DNA of 64,000 bases, taken from assembly GCA_963700635.1 (NCBI GenBank), contig CAVOYH010000003.1, forward strand, positions 1,088,001-1,152,000, written 5' to 3'. Position 1 is the first letter of the stretch, and every line of letters starts with the position of its first letter. The stretch is from an uncultured Bacteroidota bacterium (GTDB lineage Bacteria; Bacteroidota; Ignavibacteria; UBA10030; UBA6906). The notes beneath the pieces were generated by a model. The model had not been told where the DNA came from, searched no databases, and saw only the letters and a list, made by a program, of their open reading frames with translations. Below, piece after piece: positions 36,977-48,098 of the stretch. Position numbers and translations under genes: made by a program.

Positions 36977-39082
36977 TTAGAGTAGACCTCGTTTTTTCAG
37001 GAGTGGCTCAAGAGTCGGCTTCCTGCCCCGGAAGCGTTCATAAAGAACCATCGGGTCTTCGGTTCCACCGAGCTCCAGGATATTCCTGCGGAATGAATCC
37101 GCCGTCGCGCGATCAAACAGCCCATTCTCCCTGAACGCCTCAAACGCGTCCGCGTCAAGAACCTCCGCCCATATATAACTGTAATATCCGGCGCTGTACC
37201 CCCCCGCAAAGATGTGTGCGAAATAAGGGGTGCGGTACCGCGAAATGATCTCCGGCATCAGTCGGATACGGTCAAACGTCGTGCGTTCGAATGCCGTTGC
37301 ATCCCGTGAAGTCGTGTCGCTGAGTGTGTGCCAGTCCAGATCCAGGATCGAAGCCGCAAGATACTCCACGGAGACAAATCCCTGATTGAACGTTTCGCTC
37401 TTATTGATTTTCTCAATGAGGGATTCAGGAATCGGTTCATCGGTAGCATAGTGGCGCGCATAGGAACGAAGGACTTCGGGATGACGCGCCCAGTTCTCCA
37501 TGACCTGGGAGGGTAATTCGATACCGTCACGCGGCAACCCGATGTTGTCATACGAACGGCGCGACAGCAATCCGTACAGGGCATGGCCGAACTCATGGAA
37601 CAGTGTTTCCACTTCCTCGAGGCTCAGGAGTGCGGGTTTTCCACCTGTCGGGCCCGAAAAGTTGCCGACATTGTACACCACCGGCGTGGCGATACTGTCG
37701 CCAAATCTGCCATAGGAACGGTATGATCCCATCCATGCCCCCGGCCGTTTTCCTCCACGCAGATAGTAATCGGTGTAGAGAATGCCAATGTGGGCTCCGT
37801 CCATTCCCTTCACTTCGAATACCTGGACATCGTCGGCATATTTAGGTATGTCAGTCCGTTCGATAAACTGGAGACCAAAAAGGCGGGCGGCCACGTCAAA
37901 TGCGCCCCGGCGGACATTCTCCATTTTGAAATACGGCCTCAAGGCATCCTCGTCCAGGTCAAATTCCGCAATTTTTACCTTCTCGGCGTAGTACCACCAG
38001 TCCCACGGGGCCAGTGTGAATGTGCCCCCTTCTTTCTTGATCATCGCCTGCATAACATCACGTTCCTTCTGCGCGACCTTCAGCGCGGGCTCCCAGAGAC
38101 GGTAGAGGAACTCATACACCGCGCCGGGAGTCTTCGCCATATTCTCCTCGAGCACATACGCGGCGTGTGTGGGGTAGCCCAGCAACTGCGCACGTGCCAC
38201 GCGGAGGGCGGCCATGCGGGAGCCAGGCTGCTTGTTGTCGGAGGCGTTGTTATTGTCACCGCGGTTGCAGTACGCTTTGTACAACGTTTCACGTAACGAT
38301 CGGTTCTTCGCATACTGGAGGAAAGGAATCCAGCTTGGTTTCTGCAACGTGAAGACCCATTTGCCATCCAGTTTCAGCTTCCGGGCTGCTTCTGCCGCAG
38401 ACTCTACAACTGCAGGAGGGAGCCCATCGAGGTCTTCCTGCTTCTCCACTACCATGCGGTAGGTGTTGGTTTCTTTGAGGAGGTTCTGATTAAACTTCAG
38501 CGAAACCATCGACAGCTCATCATTAATGACGCGCAGGCGTTGTTTGTCCGCCGGTGCAAGGTTCGCCCCTCCCCGGACAAAATCTTTGAATGTGTTGTCC
38601 AGCAGCATGGATTGTTCCGGAGTCAGCGTCAGCGATGAACGCGTATCATACACCGCTTTGATTCGCTGGAAAAGCTGTTCATTCAGCGCGATATCGTTTC
38701 TGTGTGCCGTCAGGAGGGGAGTGACAATTGTCGCGAGACTGTCAAGCCGGTCGTTGGTGATGGCTCCGCGGAGGGAGCCGAACACAACGCCAACCCTCTC
38801 CAGTAGATTGCCACTCCGGTCCAGCGCGACGATCGTGTTTTCGAACGTCGGCGTGGAACGGGCCGCCGTAATGGCATTAATCTCACTCTTCTGTTCTTCC
38901 ATCGCCTTTGTAAATGCTGGCATGTAGTGTTCAGGCAATATCCGCTGGAACGGGGGTGTCTCAAAAGGGGTGCCGTACGGGGCAAAGAACGGATTGCCGT
39001 CCGGGGATCCCGCAGGAGCGGCACCTCCGGAATTGAACACGGAGACGAACAAGCAGAGAATGGACAAGATTGCTGATTTCAT
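36977..39082 (-). CDS. dcp: M3 family peptidyl-dipeptidase Dcp
   Basis: Signal peptide; 'NPFF', 'PWDWWYY', 'GAWM', 'FHEFGHAL', 'ELPSQ', 'YSAGYYSYIWAEVLDAD'. Confidence 0.92.
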   Translation of the reverse strand: MKSAILSILCLFVSVFNSGGAAPAGSPDGNPFFAPYGTPFETPPFQRILPEHYMPAFTKAMEEQKSEINAITAARSTPTFENTIVALDRSGNLLERVGVVFGSLRGAITNDRLDSLATIVTPLLTAHRNDIALNEQLFQRIKAVYDTRSSLTLTPEQSMLLDNTFKDFVRGGANLAPADKQRLRVINDELSMVSLKFNQNLLKETNTYRMVVEKQEDLDGLPPAVVESAAEAARKLKLDGKWVFTLQKPSWIPFLQYAKNRSLRETLYKAYCNRGDNNNASDNKQPGSRMAALRVARAQLLGYPTHAAYVLEENMAKTPGAVYEFLYRLWEPALKVAQKERDVMQAMIKKEGGTFTLAPWDWWYYAEKVKIAEFDLDEDALRPYFKMENVRRGAFDVAARLFGLQFIERTDIPKYADDVQVFEVKGMDGAHIGILYTDYYLRGGKRPGAWMGSYRSYGRFGDSIATPVVYNVGNFSGPTGGKPALLSLEEVETLFHEFGHALYGLLSRRSYDNIGLPRDGIELPSQVMENWARHPEVLRSYARHYATDEPIPESLIEKINKSETFNQGFVSVEYLAASILDLDWHTLSDTTSRDATAFERTTFDRIRLMPEIISRYRTPYFAHIFAGGYSAGYYSYIWAEVLDADAFEAFRENGLFDRATADSFRRNILELGGTEDPMVLYERFRGRKPTLEPLLKKRGLL

Positions 39083-39290
39083 AATTTCTCCTCTGGAACA
39101 GTAAGAACGGCGAAAGGGGTGTTGATGGGATTGCGCGACGCAAGTGCCTGCAAGATACAAAATGCCCGGGCCTTTTGCCATACGGCGCACGGTGTGATTG
39201 CATGTCACTCCGTGGTTCATGATATTACACCAGTTTCGCCGCCTTGCCTCCCCGTTCCGTCAACCAAAGACAATCGAGGAAATTCTCACC

Positions 39291-40877
39291 ATGCGCCAAT
39301 ACTGTGACACACGATGGTTCTGGATTCTTGTTCTCACACTTCTGGTTTCTCCGTCCCGGGCCCAGGAAGATCGTCCGGAAGCCTGTACCACGATCACTGT
39401 GGGGAAGGCTGCCTCCGCGGACGGTTCCGTGATTACTTCACACACCCTTGACGACCATCGATCATGGACAACCATCGACATCCAGACTCCGCGCAGCCAT
39501 ACCAAGGATTCGAAGTTTCCGCTATTCAAAATTACAAACGACGAATCAGGAGCCATGCCGGCATACCGGAATGTGCCTGTGGGCGAGATTCCGCAACCAC
39601 CCTCCACCCACGGCTACATCAATAGTGCCCTGCCGTGTATGAACGACCAGCAGCTGGCAATCGGTGAATCCACGTTTGGCGGCAGGGAGTCGCTGGTGTC
39701 TGACAAGGGGCTCATCGATCTCTGGCGTTTGGTCAAGATTCTGATTGAACGTGCTTCCACCGCACGTGAAGCGATCCGGATGGCCGGGGAGCTTACCGCA
39801 CGGTATGGCTGGCGGGATGTCGGCGAGTGCCTGACAATCGCGGACAAGACTGAGGTCTGGCATTTTGAGATTGTCGGACCGGGGGCGGGACGTGTGGGGT
39901 CGATCTGGGCAGCACAGCGTGTCCCCGACGGACATGTTTCAGTCAACGCCAACGCAAGTCGTATCCGTGTTGTGGATCTCAAGAATCCTGACTACTTCAT
40001 GGCTTCCGAAAATTATGCCACCGTTGCGCGTGACAGCGGCTGGTGGAATCCTGAAAACGGTCCGTTTGAATTCTGTTACGCCTATGACCCCGATGGCAGG
40101 CAATCATTCGCCAGTCGTCGCCGCGAGTGGCGTGTGCTGGACCTGCTGGCCGGGTCGCTGCACCTTCACCCCAACTCCGAAAACTACCCATTCTCCGTAA
40201 AACCGGATTCCCTGGTATCACTGGAGAAATTGGTAACGATTTTTCAGGACTACTATGAAGGCACGGACTTTAATCCTGTGAAGAATATCACGTGGGTCAA
40301 TCCGCAGGGGAAGACGGAGATTTCCCCTCTCGCCTGCCCGTTTATGCCCTATGACATGCTCCAACTCTTCAAAGTGAACGGCGGATGGGGATGGAGAGGG
40401 GAAAGGACTATTGCACGCTGGTTTACGGTCTACGCGACCATCACGCAGTCCAGGGAATGGCTCCCGAATCCAATCGGTGGTGTCGTCTGGCTGGCGTGGG
40501 ACAACGCCGCCACGGCCCTGTACACGCCGGTTTATTGTGGGGTCACCGACCTGCCGGAGTCATTCAAGATCGACGGACGTGTAACGGGCTACGACCGCGG
40601 GTGCGCGTGGTGGGCCTTTAACCATCTTTCCACGCTTGCTTCTCAGCGCTGGGGCGACATGCGCCGTGATGTTGAAACCGTTTGGAAACCCCTTCAGGCC
40701 GAGCTGTTCCAGAAGCAGGCAAAAACCGAGGAGGAGGCATTAAAGCTGTTCAAGAACTCCCCTGAGAAAGGGCGTGCGTATCTGACTCGATACAGCAGTG
40801 GATGGGCGGAACGGGCGGTGACAGAGGCGTGGAAGCTCGGAGACCGGCTCTGGACAAAGTACGATGAAAAATTCTGA
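39291..40877 (+). CDS. C69 family dipeptidase
   Basis: Signal peptide then 'ACTTITVGK.AS.DGS'; 'NDQQLAIGEST', 'RASTAREAI', 'WAAQRVPD'. Confidence 0.88.
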   Translation: MRQYCDTRWFWILVLTLLVSPSRAQEDRPEACTTITVGKAASADGSVITSHTLDDHRSWTTIDIQTPRSHTKDSKFPLFKITNDESGAMPAYRNVPVGEIPQPPSTHGYINSALPCMNDQQLAIGESTFGGRESLVSDKGLIDLWRLVKILIERASTAREAIRMAGELTARYGWRDVGECLTIADKTEVWHFEIVGPGAGRVGSIWAAQRVPDGHVSVNANASRIRVVDLKNPDYFMASENYATVARDSGWWNPENGPFEFCYAYDPDGRQSFASRRREWRVLDLLAGSLHLHPNSENYPFSVKPDSLVSLEKLVTIFQDYYEGTDFNPVKNITWVNPQGKTEISPLACPFMPYDMLQLFKVNGGWGWRGERTIARWFTVYATITQSREWLPNPIGGVVWLAWDNAATALYTPVYCGVTDLPESFKIDGRVTGYDRGCAWWAFNHLSTLASQRWGDMRRDVETVWKPLQAELFQKQAKTEEEALKLFKNSPEKGRAYLTRYSSGWAERAVTEAWKLGDRLWTKYDEKF

Positions 40878-40888
40878 CCGCGCCGGCT

Positions 40889-41995
40889 CTACCGTACGGG
40901 GGTAAGTCCGGAGGACTCCATGCGGTATCGGATCATCTGACCGGGCAGCACGACAACAATGGAGTCAGCAGTCAACCGGTACACCTGAGCCCGGGACAGG
41001 TCGCGTTCACTTAGCTGAGAGTCCGGATAAAGCGTCAACCGGAGCGTGCTGTCGGTCTGCTGCACATTGGTAAGCATAGTCTGCGCTGCCTGCCTGCGCT
41101 GTTGCTGGCGGAGGACGGGTGCGTCGGTGAGTGCGCGTTGTGAAATCGTTGCACGGATACGCTGTAGTCCTTCTTCAGACGGGGCCGTGTCAGTTTTTTG
41201 CCGCTTTGCAATGCTGATCTCATCCCGAACACTGCTGGCTGCCTTCTCGTTTCGTAATGCAGAAGTTTCCCCAACTACCCACGTTCCTTCAATCGCATAC
41301 GTCCCGCCGGCAAGTTGTCCAAGATCCGTTTCATTTTTTTTCTTTGAGTCATCCATGTCAGCGAGCAGCATCTCTTCTTGAATCTGCACCTCCTTCTCTT
41401 CCGCGCCATGAGCGGCAGGTCGCGGTTCGTTTTGTACACCATCAGCAGGAGGTGGTGAAAGAGTGCCGGGGCGGGACGCTGTCGTGGGCATGGGGGAACC
41501 AACGGGCTGTGCTTCTGCCTGTGCCTTGTAGGTCACGCCGGAGCGATCGTCCTTCGGCGCCGGAGATGTTGCAATGGCAACATCCTTGTCGGACGTTTGA
41601 AGGAGAGTTTCCTCAGATGACCACCAGCGATTAAGAAGTCCCACTCCGGTGATGATCACCACGCAGGCCGCGGCGGCAGCTGTGTACATCCATGCCCGTC
41701 CGGACCGGCGGGGGGAAGGTGAGCGGGCGGGTTTCTCTGTCGCAGCTGCTACTCTCTCATCCGCGTGTTGCTGGTCTGCGGTCAGGCCCAGTCGCTGCCG
41801 TAGCCGGACCTTCATGTCCGCTCTGCCTGACCGGCGTATACCTGCGGCGATTATCCGTTCATCCTCCACTCGTTTCCTGCAATCAGGGCACGATTGCAGA
41901 TGGCGCGTAAAGGTTGTGTGTTGATCTTCAGGGAGTCGGCCGAGCACAAAATGCTCGAGGAGGTCCCCGTCATGTGTCCAGTGTTCGTGTGGCAT
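40889..41995 (-). CDS. Anti-sigma factor (zf-HC2 N-terminus, TM helix, low-complexity periplasmic region)
   Basis: 'HLQSCPDC' ZAS motif; single TM; directly downstream of the ECF sigma gene. Confidence 0.82.
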   Translation of the reverse strand: MPHEHWTHDGDLLEHFVLGRLPEDQHTTFTRHLQSCPDCRKRVEDERIIAAGIRRSGRADMKVRLRQRLGLTADQQHADERVAAATEKPARSPSPRRSGRAWMYTAAAAACVVIITGVGLLNRWWSSEETLLQTSDKDVAIATSPAPKDDRSGVTYKAQAEAQPVGSPMPTTASRPGTLSPPPADGVQNEPRPAAHGAEEKEVQIQEEMLLADMDDSKKKNETDLGQLAGGTYAIEGTWVVGETSALRNEKAASSVRDEISIAKRQKTDTAPSEEGLQRIRATISQRALTDAPVLRQQQRRQAAQTMLTNVQQTDSTLRLTLYPDSQLSERDLSRAQVYRLTADSIVVVLPGQMIRYRMESSGLTPVR

Positions 41996-42561
41996 CAGGC
42001 CACCTCTTTCAGCACGCGTTCAAGCGCTTTTTTGCATTGATACTTTTTTGCCTTTGCCGTGTCGGCATTGGCAAAACCCAGTTGCGCGGCAATATCCTCC
42101 ATGGAGCGCTCCTCCCAGTAAAAGAGCAGGAGCAGCGTACGGCATGGCTCACCGATCTTCGAAAGTGCGTGTTGCACCTGTCCGGCCTGCTCGCTTTCCA
42201 CAAGCGCATCGAGCGGCGAATCACCCGGGTCGACAAGTTCATCGGGATCCGTGCCGCCGGACTGTTCCCGCTTCTTCCGTGCCAGGCGCCGGGACCAGAG
42301 GTTTTTGACGACGGCGAAGAGGAACGTTGACGTTTTTGCCGTGTGTTCATACCGTCCGCTTCTGACCCTCTCCCACAGAATCACAACTGCCTCCTGCAGC
42401 ATATCCTCGGCATCCGGCTGACTGCCGTTGTTACGCAGGATATATGCCTCGATCATGCCGCGGTTTTCGTGAAAAACATCGACCAGGGCCTCCTCGTCCC
42501 CATTCCGGAGCCGATCCAGGAGTCGGGCATCCTTGTCAAAAAAGAGCAGCGGAGAGGCCAT
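41995..42561 (-). CDS. ECF RNA polymerase sigma factor
   Basis: 'DAEDMLQEAVVILW', 'STFLFAVVKNLW', region 4 'SMEDIAAQLG...AKAKKYQCKKAL'. Confidence 0.92.
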   Translation of the reverse strand: MASPLLFFDKDARLLDRLRNGDEEALVDVFHENRGMIEAYILRNNGSQPDAEDMLQEAVVILWERVRSGRYEHTAKTSTFLFAVVKNLWSRRLARKKREQSGGTDPDELVDPGDSPLDALVESEQAGQVQHALSKIGEPCRTLLLLFYWEERSMEDIAAQLGFANADTAKAKKYQCKKALERVLKEVA

Positions 42562-42574
42562 TTACTTTTCACAG

Positions 42575-42627
42575 GTTAATGTCATTAACAGGCAGAAGGT
42601 AAACAAATGTACCGATTCACTAATCGG
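42575..42627. promoter_or_regulatory. Two inverted repeats in the divergent sigma/VWA promoter region
   Basis: GTTAATG-T-CATTAAC (42575-42589) and CCGATT-CACT-AATCGG (42612-42627). Confidence 0.5.
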
Positions 42628-42657
42628 ATTTCAACACACTACCGGGAGGAATCTATC

Positions 42658-43974
42658 ATGCGTATCGCCGCCTTTGTGGTCCCGTTGCTGTTGTCAGGCC
42701 TGACCGTTACCGCTTGCAGTGGTCCGACCTCCATGATTACCGCGCGCCTCAACTCTCCCACGATTTTCGCGGGGGGTGGTCAGGTGTACCTTCAACTTTC
42801 TGTTTGTGTGCCCGGCGTCACGAGCCGCGAACGGAAGCCCATGAATGTGTCGGTTGTGCTGGACCGGAGCGGCTCCATGAGCGATCAGGGAAAACTGGAG
42901 TACGCCAAAGAGGCGCTTTGTACGCTGGTTGACCGGCTCCATGAGAAAGACATCCTGTCCATTGTCATCTATGACGATGTTATTGATGTGCTTCGTCCGG
43001 CCGGGAGGGTCGGCAACAAGGAGCAGATCAAACGGATTGTGCGCCGGATCCAACCCCGCAATTCCACAAACCTCGGGGGGGGGATGGTCGAAGGGTATCA
43101 GCAGGTCGAGCGGAACGTGGACAAGGAATACGTAAATCGCGTCGTATTATTGTCTGACGGGCTTGCTAATGTCGGCATCACAGACGACAGGGAATTGAGC
43201 CGCATTGCCCGACGTTACCGGCACAAGGGAATTTCGTTGACCAGCATGGGCGTCGGACTCGACTACAACGAGAATCTCATGGTCGCGCTGTCGGAGAATG
43301 GCGGAGGAAATTACTACTTTATCGAGAGTCCGCACGGACTTGCCCATATCATGGGGCGGGAATTTGATCTCCTGTCAACACTGTACGCCCGCCATGCATC
43401 GGTCGAGATTCAGCTTGGCGCGCAGGTGCGGGTGTCCGACGTGATCGGCCACGAATGGCGTGTGCAGGGTGGGACATGCTCCATCGAACTGGGTGATCTC
43501 TACGGGGGTGACAATCGGGACATCACGATTGAACTTCATGTCCCGCGGGGCGCCGGGTCAATACAGATTGCCGATGGCGTGCTCCGGCATACAGGAGAGA
43601 ATGCCTCACCGGTCCGGCTTGCGTCGTTCACCGCATCCGCCCGGTATTCATCCGACAAAGTAGAAGTAGAGAACCGGAGGGACATGGATGTTCAGGGGAA
43701 AGCGGACGTAGCCGTTTCGACACGTGCCGTGGAAAAGGCGACAGAGGCGCTTGACGCGGGCAGACAGGAGGAGGCCGAGGCAATCCTCGGAGCGGCAGAC
43801 CAGGCATTGCAGGCGTCTCCCGCGGCGGCGAGTACCGGCGCAGCAGGAGCAGCGGTACATGCTCAATCCCGACTCCTGCAGGAGTACAAGGAGATACTCG
43901 ATCAGGATAAAGACAGTAGAAAAGCGAAGAAGGAGATCCAGTACCGTAATTACAAAACGCAGAAACAGAAATAG
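42658..43974 (+). CDS. VWA domain lipoprotein (YfbK-like)
   Basis: Lipobox 'VTAC'; MIDAS 'LDRSGSM', 'STNL', 'LLSDGLANVG', 'GGGNYYFI'. Confidence 0.88.
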   Translation: MRIAAFVVPLLLSGLTVTACSGPTSMITARLNSPTIFAGGGQVYLQLSVCVPGVTSRERKPMNVSVVLDRSGSMSDQGKLEYAKEALCTLVDRLHEKDILSIVIYDDVIDVLRPAGRVGNKEQIKRIVRRIQPRNSTNLGGGMVEGYQQVERNVDKEYVNRVVLLSDGLANVGITDDRELSRIARRYRHKGISLTSMGVGLDYNENLMVALSENGGGNYYFIESPHGLAHIMGREFDLLSTLYARHASVEIQLGAQVRVSDVIGHEWRVQGGTCSIELGDLYGGDNRDITIELHVPRGAGSIQIADGVLRHTGENASPVRLASFTASARYSSDKVEVENRRDMDVQGKADVAVSTRAVEKATEALDAGRQEEAEAILGAADQALQASPAAASTGAAGAAVHAQSRLLQEYKEILDQDKDSRKAKKEIQYRNYKTQKQK

Positions 43975-44009
43975 CGGGATGGTGGCCGGCCGCGTGAACG
44001 GCTGGACTC

Positions 44010-44276
44010 ATGCGCACGTGCATACGGCTGTTCGGTCATACTGCCCCGAGGGCATATGCCGGACAGCCGTCCGGTTCTTTTTTCCAGATTCTCTTCCGTG
44101 ACAGCCGGAGGGAATCGATCGAGAGGGAAGGGAGCGAACGTTTTATCTCGTACACGAACCTGGAAGCGGGCACCTATGCATTTGCCGTGACGGGCTGGAA
44201 CAGAGGCACCGACTGGCTTCCCCGGGTGACAACGGAGAACGGAACAACCCTACTCGTGCTGTTCAGGAAACAATAG
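44010..44276 (+). pseudogene. Possible Y_Y_Y-domain remnant
   Basis: 'RFISYTNLEAGTYAFAVTG' resembles the Y_Y_Y 'YTNLxPGxY' motif; otherwise short and unrecognisable. Confidence 0.4.
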
Positions 44277-44287
44277 GGTATCCTGCT

Positions 44288-46267
44288 CTACTTCTTCAGT
44301 ACAAGAGATCCTTCTGCCGTTTCGAGGATGGTATCAAGGAAGCCGGTCAACTTCGTATACTCACCAGCCGGGATTTGTTGCTCCGGAAATTGCAGGGTCA
44401 TCTCGATGCGAATGCTCTCCCCCTTTTTAACAATGCGGGTTGTGCACGTTGATGATGACGGACCACTCGTAATTCCTTCAGGAGGAGTCCGCGCGATGGT
44501 GTATCCCGGCGGGATTGATATATCCCAGCTGAGGTCCAGAGTCCAGGGCAGCGGGAAGCGGATATCGGCCTGCCTGATCGGTTTGTTGAATGCTGACCGG
44601 AGTTGACGGATCGTATGGTTCCGTAAATTGACGGTAAGAAGACGGTCAACCGAATCAACGCCGGCCCTGGGTTGACCGGTTGATGTTATGGTGACATGGG
44701 TACTGTCAAGCCACTCCTTCTGCATGATTGAGTCTACGCGCGAGAGACAGTGTGTCGTCAACAAGTTAACGATCTCATTTTCGACTTTGTCTGTCCCCAC
44801 GCGTTGGAGTCGCTTCCGGAGGGTACTGGCATGCGATGTGTTATACCTGAGCGTCATACAGTCGGTCATGCCACCGGCGAGGATGTGATGCTGTTCTGTG
44901 AGTTGCTCGCGTATTGAAGCCGGCGGAGGCGCGAACGTCAGGATCGGGGAACTGGCTTCGCGGACAAGAGGAAGTCTCTGGCCCACGAGGAACCACGGGG
45001 GTTCAAATGCCGTCGGGAGTGTAGGTTCGAAATCATAGACTCTCTCTGTTTCGCCTATCTGCACACACACACCGATTCTGTCGAACCAACTGAGTGTCGG
45101 TATATCATCGTAAAACACGCCGTCGCGGCTGTCCCGTATCCACACCGCATCGGCGCGCACATCCCACTTCCGAAGGATACGGAGTAGAATATATGCCAGA
45201 TCTGAAGCATCCCCCTTACGTTTTTCAAACAACGATCGCACATCGTCGCTGAGAGGAACGATAGAACTCGTCATCGCGATTGTGAACTGTTTACGCAGGG
45301 CGGTGTAGAGGCGGTCCACTATATCCATGGTGACCGGTTTCGGACCGGATGCCGGGAACCCCAGTCGCTCGATGTCGGATCCCGCGACATTGTCACCGTC
45401 AAGATATTTCTTTGCAAACGTCTCGGCAAGCCATCCCCAGTTCCCGATGGATGTTCTGTTTATCCCGAATTTTTCGACAACGAAGGCGGTGAACATGCTC
45501 CGATCCTCCCGCGGTGGAGCATAGGGCTCGGATGGAACATCGGGTATCTTCTGCAGATTCCACACCCGGGAATCGCCCGCACCGTAGGAGTTGGTCATAC
45601 GCTGCAGTTTCGGTTCCCCTACCCGCTCCAGAGGTTCACTCATGTATCGCACATCGGCTGCGGCCGGAAGGGTAATGAACAAATTCGAGAAAAGAACCGG
45701 GTCTTCTTCGTTATAGAAGAAGATTTCGCTGGGCGACACGGTGAACTTGTCCTGCGCATCGTATTCGATCTGCAACACATCCCCCGCGGCGAGATCCGGG
45801 ATCTTGAAGAGTACCCTGCGTTCAATCGGATCACCTTCATCGTTAGTCCGCGATGTGACCGGTTCCAGCAATTCCTCATCGACGGTGATGATGGAACCGT
45901 CCGGCTTCTTCACCCGTATGTGCGCGACAAAGCCGTTCGGCAATTCATCTCCGTACGGCTCGTAATACGTATAGGAAAATGTGCCGTAGCGCTCGACTGC
46001 TGCATGCGTGAGAAGCTTGACGATCAGGATATTCGTACTGTAAGAACTCAGTCCGGTATACGTGATGTCGAGTCGCTCGGCCTCACTGCGTAACATCTGG
46101 AATCCACGCTCCCGCAACACGATAATCGCGTCATACGCCGGAAATTTCTCCGGCGTTAATTGCGAAAGCAGGGCATCGCCGGGTATCGCCCGTTTGAAAT
46201 CGCCTTCGGCATAAATTAATCCCACACCCAACACGCAGACAACGAGGATAAGCCAGAGAATCTTCAT
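44288..46267 (-). CDS. DUF3857 domain protein with degenerate transglutaminase-like core
   Basis: Signal peptide; 'KPDG', 'P.LAAGDVLQIEY', 'VPSEPYAP', 'KGDASD'. Confidence 0.75.
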   Translation of the reverse strand: MKILWLILVVCVLGVGLIYAEGDFKRAIPGDALLSQLTPEKFPAYDAIIVLRERGFQMLRSEAERLDITYTGLSSYSTNILIVKLLTHAAVERYGTFSYTYYEPYGDELPNGFVAHIRVKKPDGSIITVDEELLEPVTSRTNDEGDPIERRVLFKIPDLAAGDVLQIEYDAQDKFTVSPSEIFFYNEEDPVLFSNLFITLPAAADVRYMSEPLERVGEPKLQRMTNSYGAGDSRVWNLQKIPDVPSEPYAPPREDRSMFTAFVVEKFGINRTSIGNWGWLAETFAKKYLDGDNVAGSDIERLGFPASGPKPVTMDIVDRLYTALRKQFTIAMTSSIVPLSDDVRSLFEKRKGDASDLAYILLRILRKWDVRADAVWIRDSRDGVFYDDIPTLSWFDRIGVCVQIGETERVYDFEPTLPTAFEPPWFLVGQRLPLVREASSPILTFAPPPASIREQLTEQHHILAGGMTDCMTLRYNTSHASTLRKRLQRVGTDKVENEIVNLLTTHCLSRVDSIMQKEWLDSTHVTITSTGQPRAGVDSVDRLLTVNLRNHTIRQLRSAFNKPIRQADIRFPLPWTLDLSWDISIPPGYTIARTPPEGITSGPSSSTCTTRIVKKGESIRIEMTLQFPEQQIPAGEYTKLTGFLDTILETAEGSLVLKK

Positions 46268-48023
46268 GAGTCGGTCCTGTAAAATGTGTCCAGATGGATC
46301 CAGCGTCTTCGTAGATCAATGTGATCAAGGAGAAATTGAGTGGCGGTGTCTTTCTCAAACGGACCCGACGGGAGGGAAACGGTAATGGCCCAGTCGGATC
46401 CGGCCCCCGGGTTTTTCTCCGCTCGGAAAACGTCGCGGAGATGCACAGCGATTCGTATCCTGCTGTAATAGGGATTGTAGAAGATCTCGCTCTCCTGCCC
46501 TGGGGGGGGCACTTCGGGCACAAGTTCCGGAAAAACACGCGAAAAGCTGAGGTACACTGCAGAATCTATTGACGTGAGTGCGTTCGGTAATTCACAGCTC
46601 ACAACGAGAAGGAACGAGGAGTCGGTGCTTCCCCAGGAGACCTTTGATGGGCGGAGCCTGCTGCTCACCGACCGCTCCAGCCACCGTACACAGGCTTCAT
46701 GAATCGTAACAGTGTTTCCGTAGTTCTGCAGGTAGAGGAAGGGCATTGCGTACTGATGCTGGAGCCGGAACACCAGGTTGCCCTGCAACGAGGTGCCGTC
46801 GGAGGTGAGTTGTCCGTCGATCGCCAGAAGATTACGGGGGTACTCTGCTATGGTCTGAATCCGCGATCGAACCGAATCAAGGATCAGTGCCGGCGCGTTG
46901 AGCAAATCATCAGACGTGATCCCCGGAATGCCTGATCGGTTCGTTCCGTCGTACCAGTAGTCCTTGCCCCCATCGGAGAAGTAGACGATCATGTGATTAA
47001 ATTGGGAAACGGGTACCTCGGGATAGAACCGGTATCCACGTCCCCGATGGCACAAGGCAAGACGCGCTTCCAGGCCCGCCGCCCGCGCGAGCGTATACAG
47101 GACGCTTGCGTAGTCCTTACAATCCCCGTATTTTCGTTGCAGGGTGATCGGTGCAGGATTTGGAACAAACTCCCCGCGTTCAAGATATACCTGTTCATAC
47201 CGCAACAATTGCTGGCAATACCTGAATAGCGCATCCATCCGGGTTTTTGGTCCGTGTGACCGGCGACAACGTGCTGTGCCAGCAGTCTCAGTGAATCGGT
47301 GATGGTGACATTCTCGGCGATCAGTGAAAGGTACCATGTGCCAAACGATTCCCAAGTTGTGATACCCGTCGTGGGCATGACGGCCAGAATTGCCGGCGCG
47401 TTGTTCCGGGGACTGAACGTATGAGTGAATCTGGGCAGCACCGTGTTGCGCCAGCGAAAGATGTACCGACGTATCAGCTGTGAATCTACTATCTCAGGCG
47501 AAATGCTGTCGTGTACAACCTGGTACTGGAGGGTACAGTTCTTGGGAATGGCAAATGTGCAGCTGACGTGCGCAGCGTTATGGCCGGGTTCATCGATGGA
47601 GAATACAACGCCCAGTCCGCCCAGTGATCGACGGTGGATGGTAAGGACCTCGAGAAGATCTCCCTCGCGAAACGCCCGCGCGGGCGGCAGAGAGCGTATG
47701 CCGGCGTTGACGATTGCGTTCGTGAGACAAGATACTGCTCCAGACAAGGTCATTTCTGCCGAAAGTCTTCCGACCGCCTCGGCCTGTAAAACCTGCGCCT
47801 CGAAGTGTTTCAGGTGGTCCATCGAACCATCGTAGATTGTGCAGGCGGAGAGGGCGGGCCTGACATCTGCGCCGACCCTCAGTACGATTCTTGTCGTGAC
47901 GGAAACCTCATCCGCCCCCGCATCGGCGAACGTGCGATCGTAAGACAGAATCTCGTGACTGCTATACTCCGGATCAGAGAAGTCCTGCAGGACCGACCGC
48001 TGGAGCAAAAAGGAGGATGTACA
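46264..48023 (-). pseudogene. DUF3857/transglutaminase-domain protein (frameshift near 47240 and at the 5' end; start approximate)
   Basis: 'GDLLEV', 'TWESFGTWY', 'LRYEQV', 'YGDCKDYA', 'FNHMI', 'WYDGT'. Confidence 0.8.
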
Positions 48024-48098
48024 ACCGGCTCTTTCCCCTCTCCTCTCTTTTCCTTATGTTATATCGTTTCCTGTCTTTCATAGTGAGGCCAGCACGCC

